Positions 50,617 to 64,000 of a DNA stretch of 64,000 nucleotides are shown here, one piece after another. Source of the DNA: Ptychomitrium polyphyllum (lineage: Eukaryota); NCBI GenBank assembly GCA_973851085.1, contig OZ316776.1, forward strand, positions 3,348,001 to 3,412,000, in the 5' to 3' direction. Numbering within the stretch: the stretch's first letter is position 1; every line of letters begins with the position of its first letter. The position numbers were made by a program, and so were the translations under genes. The notes under the pieces are model-generated. The model was not told the DNA's origin, searched no databases, and saw only the letters and a program-made list of their open reading frames with translations.

Positions 50617-53377
50617 GTAGCTATAAGAAATGCTAGGTCTTTTTGCATTCAATTAATCAAATGCAAGTTCTTTATAATTTTTATTTTATAATAACAACTA
50701 CAACTTCCAATTCTTTATTAGGCTATTTCTACATCTTTAATTTCTACTTCCTATTTCTTCTTCTCACTATCTTCAAAGAACATAAGTTCTTAACAATAAT
50801 TCTACTTCTTTTTTATTTTAAATCCAAATAATATTTCTTCCTATACTTTCAAGTATAAAGGTCCTATGTACTTAAAATTTTAATGATATTAGGACAAGAT
50901 TCTCTAAATGCAACCTTCAATATCTCTTTACTATAGTATAAACAGTTGTCAATAACCATATCTTTTAAATTATTGCTTTTCACTATCACAGCTCTTGAAC
51001 CTCCTTACTATATCACTCTAAAACTTTTTTTCTAATATAAATTTAAACTTCAAAGTTTATCCACATACTATCTATCTTATAATAAATACTTAATAAAAAA
51101 ACATCAACCTTAAAAGTCCTTCCAATCATCTCTAATAGTTCCAAACAAGCAATTCCAAATTTTGCTTTATATTACCTTCAAATTCCAATTGCATTTTTCC
51201 TTATATGTCCTATTGTACAAATTACTTTCTTTCAAAATTTCTACACCATTATTTTGAGATAGTCAAAATGTTATTTTACAAATTTCATTATCAAAAACTA
51301 TTTCTTCAAAAATTTATAAGCATTCATAGTAGTTGTTCTCAAAAACTCAACGCAGCCAATTTAAATTAATTCAAACTAGAGTCATGGTCACATACTAACT
51401 CCAAATAGAGTGAGTGATGGCTTTTTGGAAAGCTTATAAAAGAAGTAAAAAGCTTAATAAAAATCAATTCAAACTAAAAAGTATACAATGAGCTATTACC
51501 GAAAGAACGCATGTTTTTTTTATACAAGTGACAAAGGCCAAGAGAAAAGCAAAATACACTGGTCAAACGACCACATCTGCCTTTTATCCTTTCACATCAA
51601 CTTTTATTTCTTCACACCATTCTCTAAAATAAAATAAAAAAAGCAAAAAAAAATTGGAGTTCAATAATAAATAAGTTAAAAATAATGTCATAATTGAGGC
51701 AGGATTAGACACCAAATTATGAATTTGGTTGATTGAATAAGTTTTAGCCACTAAATTGGTCCAAATTTGAATCTTATTGGATTTGTTAAGTAAAACAACA
51801 ACACTTGATTTAGTATTGTTAGCAAGAATGGCAAATAGGAAAATAATATAGTTAACCAACCTATTCACTTTAAGCAAAGAGAAGATGTGATTCCACCTTC
51901 AAAACAAATAAAAATGTAGTTTCACCACGACCCTTTTTAGCCAATATTTTTTTTTTCTAATACTCATTCTCAAAAACAATAAATCAAAATTTACAAAGTA
52001 ACAAAATACTAGCTAAGTTTTGAATTGTACAATTAAACACATCACAATAATGTTCTATTAAGAATACTTTGTGATGGAAACTCAATGTTTTCTTGAAAAG
52101 ACATTCTCCTTCTATCTTCAAATGAAAATTGCAGCATGCAGCTTGCAGCTTTCATTCATGGTTTTATATAAATTATTGCAAAATCCAAGGAATTTAGTAA
52201 GTCAATTTTAATACAATAATTTGAGTTTGCTAAATAACAATATGTAGTATAAAAACTAGAATTTTGTAATTAATTACATATAATAAACATAAAATAAGAA
52301 AAGTGACCTTTTGATATTTGCAAAGATATTGCCATCAATATAAAAACAAACAATGTAATGTTATGTATATTATATAACTTCAAATAATAATGTCACCTTC
52401 AATAAATCATGAAGATAGAAAAATACAAAGAAATGAACTATAAAGGCATCAAACTCAACATTAACAATCATTCCAAAGTACTTAAAATCTCATTTTAACA
52501 TACAATTCTTTCCTCTATATGCATAGTTTTAGTGTGCTACATTACAAATAGATAATTGTAAATCTCTATCAAGAACTATGCAGTCACCATAAATAAAAGC
52601 TTCACCAACTACTGCTTTCTAATCAATCCCGTTCAAATCGAATGAATACTTAGAAGATAAATAAAATTAATCCTATTATTTTCACCTACATGGCAAAGGC
52701 ATGAAAATTCCCACAATTAAACTAACATGTAATTCATACCAAAAGGTTATGATCAAAACTGTCATTGTGGTATCAATACATTTCATCTATCCCTACACTT
52801 ACATTTATAAGTGACCCCTTGCCATGCGTGCCACAACTTTCATATGCCTCCTAAGAATCACGAGGAACTGATGTGCACTAAGTGCACGATCAGATCTTCT
52901 CTCGCTCTTCTAGATTGCACTCAGTAATCATTACTTGCACCAAAATCAGTTCAAGAAAATATTACACGAATAGACTTGGGAGATTGCTCGGGTGGATCTT
53001 ATGTTGGCACCTCGTGCTATTTGGATTGCTTCCGCCCTCTCTAGACTGGGATGAAACATAAACAGCCACTACAACACGCTCCAGACTGGGAACAGCCCGA
53101 CGAACAGCTGAGCCAACCCTCTACATCTACCCACGCACGTAGATAGACAACCACCGAAGCGATCACGAGGAATCCGAAGCAACGGGAACTGGGGCCGACG
53201 GCGGAGCGGAACCGCCAGCATCTACGCACGCCCCTGGACGGGTCTTCGCAAGGCGAGCGCCGGTGCAGCTGCGGTGACGACGGCAGCGGAGTTGCAGAGC
53301 AGGGCCGTGGTCGCAGCGCCACTCGCAGCTCCGGAGCTCTCACGCAGGCCTCCTCTCACGCCCACCGCCGCAGCGCC

Positions 53378-56946
<3,569 letters not shown>

Positions 56947-59900
56947 TAGATTACATCGCTTTCACGGTGTTGTGGGTGTCCCCCTTTACTTCATTGAGAC
57001 TTGTGATGTGGCTATTTTCGAATATTCAATATAGTATCGCATACAAATACTTGAAGTGTAAGTTCATTCATTGGTCCGTGTACGCGGGATTGATTTGTTT
57101 TCAGAGCACTTATTTGTTTGCAACGAGAACATGTGACGGGAGATTTTTGTCAACACGTCATGGTCAGGTATCTTTTTTCAGTTTTGCAATTTTTTTGTGA
57201 AGGCACAGACCAACTTCATTCGGTTTTTTTGTTTTCCATCCTAGTATTGAATGATTTCTTATTGAATTTAATTTGCAGGTGTTTTGTTAGTAGATGGTTT
57301 TTGTATGCAATTTAAATTTATATATTATATTATATTTTTATTTTTACTTGAATGTGTATTTCAAGTAAGTTAACTGCATTACCAAATTATTCTTGTTTTA
57401 TATGTTTGATTTATCTTTTGAATTATGTGGTGAGTTTTGAATAAAATAAGTATTCAAGAAGAAATTATGTAGGTTCTTAGATATAAGTTCATTTTTTTAG
57501 ATCAACTTTCTTCATTAGAAGAATATCATTATAAGTATGTATTTAGATGAATTTACGATTGATCAAATTCAGTAGATATTATGAATCTCTTTTTTTGATA
57601 TTCACTTCACAATTGCCATTGTTTAAAGAATTATCGTTGTACATTTAATCTATTAATCTTTAAGAATATTTATGTATTGGAGTGCATTTGGTGTTAAAAC
57701 AGGTTTATGTAGTAAACTAAATATGGAAAATATATGGTTTGTATGTTGTATTTATTATCTTAAAATTATGTTCTAAACAGTTCTTTGGAATAGGCACATT
57801 TGATGTTCTAATTATTTCATAAATTTATGATAAGATTTTAATAAAGTTTCACAAAATTTGTTCATTCCATTTACTGCATTTGATTAATATTGATGTTGGG
57901 TCCAAAAATTGCACCTAATAATGAATATTGTTATTTAAACCAATATTCGAGTATATTCATAATAATCGAAAATGAATATGTATTACTAATTTTCAGATAC
58001 TTGTAGCTAATTATTTATATGTATTGGATTAAGATTAAATGAGCTTTAGAATTATGGTCCAAATATTATCTATAAAATATGTTTTTTTAATCTTTCAATA
58101 ATCTTATTTATATAGGTGGTAGATTGTTAGGTCTTTTGACAAAGATATAGTATTTCAAAGACATTGTTCTTGTAGTTATTAATTATTGAGCATACAATTG
58201 TATATTAATCTTTAAGTAGTCATGTAGATCAATGTCTCCATTTCCATATCTAATTAGATTTTTAATAAATCAATAAAAAAATTTAAAAAGATAATGTATT
58301 ATATACCAATGGAAAGAAAAGTGTTTGTCTTTTAACATTAAATGATTCAAATGCAAATTAAAAAAATTTGGCTCATAAGTAATGTTTTATTTGGCCATAT
58401 GTAATCAAAGGACTAATTGATTTATCTAAATTGGAATATTTTGTTTACATATCTTCTACTTTACCATACTGGTGTTGCCAAATTTTTATTTTTTTTTGTA
58501 TTATTTGCTACATTTGTATGGAAAATCACACACATGGATGAAAATTATACATAAAACAAAAATGAAATGAATTGCAAGTACAAATGAAAAGACGTCTTTT
58601 GTTAATCTAGACTACAATGAATGATTGTTTGTTTTTAAAATGGTTATGCTTAAAAATGATATACAAGCCTAACTATGGATGTTTGAAGTACTATTTTTAT
58701 TTTCGCTTAGGTACTAAAGGATAAAAAAATTTGTTGGTGGTTATATAATTTAGCTTGTTATAAATTGATCTTATTTCTTTTAAAATTCTATTGCTAATTT
58801 GTTATTTAATTCTTTTATGCTTTTGTAAGATTAATATAACCTTAATAAAGTTTGATTTTTTTATAGTTTAAGTTTTTATGGAAGCAAATAGAATATGTTG
58901 CATGAAACCATCTTTTTCCTCTATTTCTCTTAATATTCCTTTAATAGTAGGTAGATCGTTGTTAAATTTAATTTTTATCTTATTCAATCTTATATTAATA
59001 AGCATATTCAATGTAAAACACTTAAAACTTAGCTAACGTGTAATTGATAGATAATTTAATTTGATTTTATTTCATGCTTTAGAAATTATTCCTAAAGATA
59101 GAAAGTTCACAAGTAGCTAATCTTGAGTGCTTTTTCATGCTTTGAATTGATTATTAAAGATATAGAAATAACAATTCTTAGAAGAAAAATATGTTGCCTT
59201 AAATTCAAGGAATTAAATAATAATTTGGTAGCAAATCACATGAACTAAACTATAGGATCTTTGTAGATTCTTTCAATATTGAATTTATATCAAGAACAAA
59301 AATACCATAGCTTTTGATAAATATTAAAAATATATTTATATATTACAAAGGAAATATCAAAATAACAAAGAGTAATTTTTCATAGAACATCTTTATGGAT
59401 GTTTTCCTAAGTTTAAAAGCATTATATTTATGTCATAGCCTTCAAATATTATCTTGTTACTTTGCATGGCTATTTCCTCCTTAATGACTATTTCCTTATC
59501 TTCTTAGAGTAACTGACTTGAAACCTTAACCTATCTATTTAATGAAAGTTTACATATGAATAACAACATAACATATAAATAAAACTAAACTTCTTCTAGG
59601 CCAAAATTATCTCATATTTTGTGCTTCATAATCATTGATTCATAACCAATGATGTATTACATTTGAGTCAATTTTGGCTTTAAGATGGGATGATCCCTTT
59701 CTCATCATTTCCCATCTCTGGACTTCAAATTTCAGTGGAAAAATTCTGTTTTATATAAAACCTATTTCAAAAGTCGGTGCACAACTTGCTCAAATAAATA
59801 CTATCAGCTTAAGGGACATGGAAAAGAGTGGGTTCCAATCTATTAAGCAACTGTGAGTAAATTATTTAAATATTTATGATGTAAAATTTGTATATCAATT

Positions 59901-62900
59901 TTTCGAATTTAAAAAGACTCAAATTGATCAAAGAATTGAAAGAATTTTTGAACTGGTTTACATGGGTACGTCTTATGCTTCCAAATTAACCAAAAAAATA
60001 AAACGTTGGAACAGTCACAAGTTTAAAAGGAAAAAGTTTGAAATTAGCAAAAAAATTTAAGTATAGAATGTTCTACATATAACCTTGAATATTGGTTATT
60101 TTTAGCACAATCCTTGAAAAATATTAATAAGATAAGATTGTAAATCTTGTTGAAACAAAAGATTGAATGCATTATAGAACTTAAATAGTCTTTAGTGTGT
60201 CAAATTTGATAGAAGCCTACTCTAAGTCTAGAAACAATTTTAATATAATTGTGAGGAATTAAATGTATTAACATTCCTACACAAAATTATATTAAGTATG
60301 GGCATATGCTATATCTAAGCACTTCTTAGTTTTCTATACGTAATAAAAAAAATACACATTATATAAAGAAACCTTAATATTTTATTTTTTACCATCTTAT
60401 TGTCTTATTTTTACTTTTTGTTGTTTTATTTTTGTTGTTTTATTTTTTACTCTTTCACTTTTACAATTATATAAAGACCTACATTAAGTGCTACCACATC
60501 AAAGATGTGATGGTGACCTTATTCTTTTTATATTACTTTTTTTATTGTGTTATAAAATATTTTTTATTTAATTGATTTATTTACCACTAATTTTTATAAG
60601 AATGTTATCTTATTCTACCTCTGTAGTTTTGAAAATAACGAAATAACTTTTATAAGCTCCAAATATCTAAAAAATTATTGCTTAAATATAAAAACATTTT
60701 TATGAAAAAATAATTAAAAAATAATTTCTTACTAAGTCAGATTCCAAGTACAAATAAGAATAAAATAAAAATCTGTTTGTAATTAGTTAAAATAGTAAAG
60801 TAATACAATACTTACATGTAATTTGAAGGTTTTTCGAATCAAACACAAAGCATTCAAATAACACAATGTTTTTTATACACAGACTATTCAATGAAGATGT
60901 TACATTTTAATTTGGTTAAATAGAAAGGTAGAATAAGTGTTTAAAATTAATCTTTCTATTGGAGAAAAAATTCAATTTCTATCAGAATGCAATTGAATAT
61001 TATTAGTTTTTGCAAAAGCTGAAACAAATATGACATAATATTTACAACAATTAAATAACAATTCATCTCTTTTGAATGTCATTCAAAGCTAATTACTTTT
61101 ACAATTATGGACTATGAACTATCCAAAGTAATTGGTCATAGCATGATTTTATATTACATAGACATCTTTATAAATAAAAAGAAATAGTGTCACACTTTGT
61201 AAGTAGAATTTTATTTTTTTGTAATCAAATATATATTTTTTCTTTCATACTTTACTTTGAAATTAAAATGTTATTATCATTTTGAAGCAACCATTAAAGG
61301 AATACAAGGATATACTTTAGGAAGAAACAACAACTTTATAAATGATAACATTTATATAGAAGAATCTTATAAAAAATTTAAAAAGTGATAGTATTGTCAT
61401 ACTATGAAAGCTTCATGTCTATTGAATAGCAAAAATGCATGCCAAGATATAAGCAAGTAATAGAGGCATACAAATTTAACACAAATAAGTGATGGATGGA
61501 ATGTCAATGCAAATGAGTGGAATCCACATAGATGATGGAAGCATGCCTTGAGAGTTTAAGAAATAAGAATATTAACAACATCTGCAACCTTTAAGAATTA
61601 TGAAGGATTATAGGTGAGGGATTTTTAGGTGTAGTATTGGCTCTAAGAGTAAAGCATAGATTCAAATAGTTGGGTACAAATTCTAACAATTGGAATATAA
61701 ATGTTTTAAAATAAAATAATGAAATAAATATAAATTTCAACCTAATACAAGCAACCCTATTCTCTTCACAATCTACAATACATCTCTGCATTTTTACAAC
61801 ACCAATGTAAACATCCACATTATACTTTCTGTTGCCATCTTATCGTTTGATAAAATTTTGGATAAAACAAGGAAAAATTCTAACATATAATTATTTTTTT
61901 GAACATGTTTGTTTGCCTAATAAACTAGAATCAATTAATTTGTTCATCCATCTTGTCTAAAAGAAATAAGTTCTTGGCCATACAGAAAAATATTAATTTT
62001 TATGTGGATAACCATGTAGACACTTGCATGCTTTAATGTCTTGTGTAAATAAACAATGCATTGTTTCCTTGTAAGTTATGGATTTGGAACTTTGATAGAA
62101 AGTATGGGATTTAAAAACAGTATGGAGAATAATGATAGGAACTCTTTAGATTGATTTGCATTTCAACATAGACCAATTTATTTCCCTTTTTTTACTCTAA
62201 GAGAAATTTTACCATGAGTTTGTTAAAACTTTCTTCTTTAAACCAACCTTTCAGATAACCTACTCTAGTATTGTCTTGCCATAACATGCACGCAAATAAA
62301 AAATAAAATATACTAGTATCTCTTTCAAGGTTCCAAAATGCAGAGCCACCTTTTGAACTGGTCAAAGAATGTTATAGCAATATGTGAAAGCACTGGAAAT
62401 GAGAGTTCAGTATGTCATGACTTACTGTATTGTCACAGGTAAAAGCGTCCCAGTAACATAATAATACGAAAGGGTAATAAAATCATCACTTTTGTGTAAG
62501 AAAACACGTAACTAACTAATTGATTCGAACAAGACGACATGTTTAGACTATTCATGCTGATTCGTGAAGCATCATCATCTGAACTCTTCTGCATGCAGCT
62601 GCCCCCAAATTCTAGCTTGGTTACATGTCACTGTCAAAATATTCTGCTGTTGTCTGCGTCCTTCAGGGTTTCTGAACTCCCTGCTAAACAGCTCCTAAAT
62701 TTGTGGTTTTACTGGAGGAAGGGTGATTAATTTACCATTTATCAGACTTTGGAGATACTGTATGGGAAAGGCAGCGTAGGACACAGAAAAGTTATGACAT
62801 ACTTTACCCTCAACTTTCAAAATGATTTCTTTTTAAAGTTTAAGCGCTTTGGATACCTTGTTAAACTCGTTTGAGATTTAAAAATATTCTTTATTTTTGG

Positions 62901-64000
62901 ATTTTGGCTTTACATACTCCTATGGTAAGGAATAAGTTTGACCAAAAAAATAAAATAAAATGTAGTTTTTGTTATTATTATTATAATTAATTTGTGGATA
63001 GATTCCAAAGTTTGCTTAGTTACCTTTCATGTAGGATATATTCTTGCTCAATTAATTTCGTGTAGCATTCTTTATAGACCCATGGAATATCCTTTCAAGG
63101 GAGGAGGAAAGGAACATAGAATAACTTCTTTCAAAAGCATAATTTCATCCCTTGAAAATAAATTTATTACAAAGTTCAATCAAAGCTTGAAACCATCTAT
63201 GATCTCCACTCATCAATTTTGACTTTCACATTCATTGACTTATTATCATACATTGATTATAGTTTGGCTTAATATTATATACGTTTCAAGACAAAAGAAA
63301 GTATCTTTAGTTGTTGATAATGTCATTCTAGAATGAAATTACATTTTTTTTATATAAAAATGAGGACTAAAGACCATCTTTGAATTTTATTGAGGACTTT
63401 AAAGACCATCAAATCCAGATCTTTTTGGCAACTAATTTTTTGATAACACAATGATAGTTTATATTTGATTTTGGATTACACATTTGAAGTTGGTTCTACT
63501 AATATTGTTTTTACGTATGAATCAAATATCTTGATTCATAACCAATATTTGGAAAATAAATAATAAAAAGAAACATACAAATCATCTATTTTGAGAATTG
63601 ATACATTTTTATTTCAATTTTATTAACTTTTGCACTGTTATGATTTCATTGTATTTATAAAAAGTTCTTCAAAATATTGAAATAAAATTGCTAATATAAC
63701 ACTTAATCCTTTCATTAGTAAATTGTTTGCAATTTTATTGGATTTAGCACTTATTAATCCATAAGATCTACAAAAATGGTATCTTTTCAATAAATTTTTG
63801 TAATAATTACACGTATGCTATATATAGATTTTCTAAAGTTCTCAATGTATCCTAGACTTTATTTAGTTTTTTCATTGAATTTTGAAATAAATTGCCTTTG
63901 TAAACACTTTATTTCAAGAGTTTATTTGAACATGTGAAATTTTTGTTCATGAAAAGATAAACTATAGTAAAATGAAATTTAATTGATGTAAAATATTCAT

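Noticed and set aside
57000..64000. Short ORFs in the AT-rich right end, likewise at 50.6-52 kb
   Set aside because: Low-complexity Ile/Leu/Phe/Lys/Asn translations expected by chance in AT-rich DNA.

Overview
Eukaryotic, intron-containing plant DNA, most consistent with a moss such as Physcomitrium; this rests on gene content and LTR style and is inference. Intact genes are the 3' part of a P58IPK/DnaJ gene, LSM5, FREE1/FYVE1, an OEP7-like gene, a BRX-domain gene and the complex I 24-kDa subunit gene (NDUFV2), the last in a sharply bounded GC/G-rich island. The accessory content is three intronless atypical (DFE-motif) TKL-type kinase paralogues, two in tandem and one inverted about 34 kb away. 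They are mosaics of one another, with clustered amino-acid changes. Also present: an LRR-RLK pseudogene head-to-head with the third kinase, a decayed Ty3/gypsy element with near-perfect TSD, a 1.25-kb element with 102-bp terminal inverted repeats nested in it, and a small TIR (MITE-like) family just upstream of four consecutive genes. Exon coordinates were read by eye from GT/AG sites and reading frame. About 14-17, 25-34 and 57-64 kb are AT-rich, with only decayed repeat traces.
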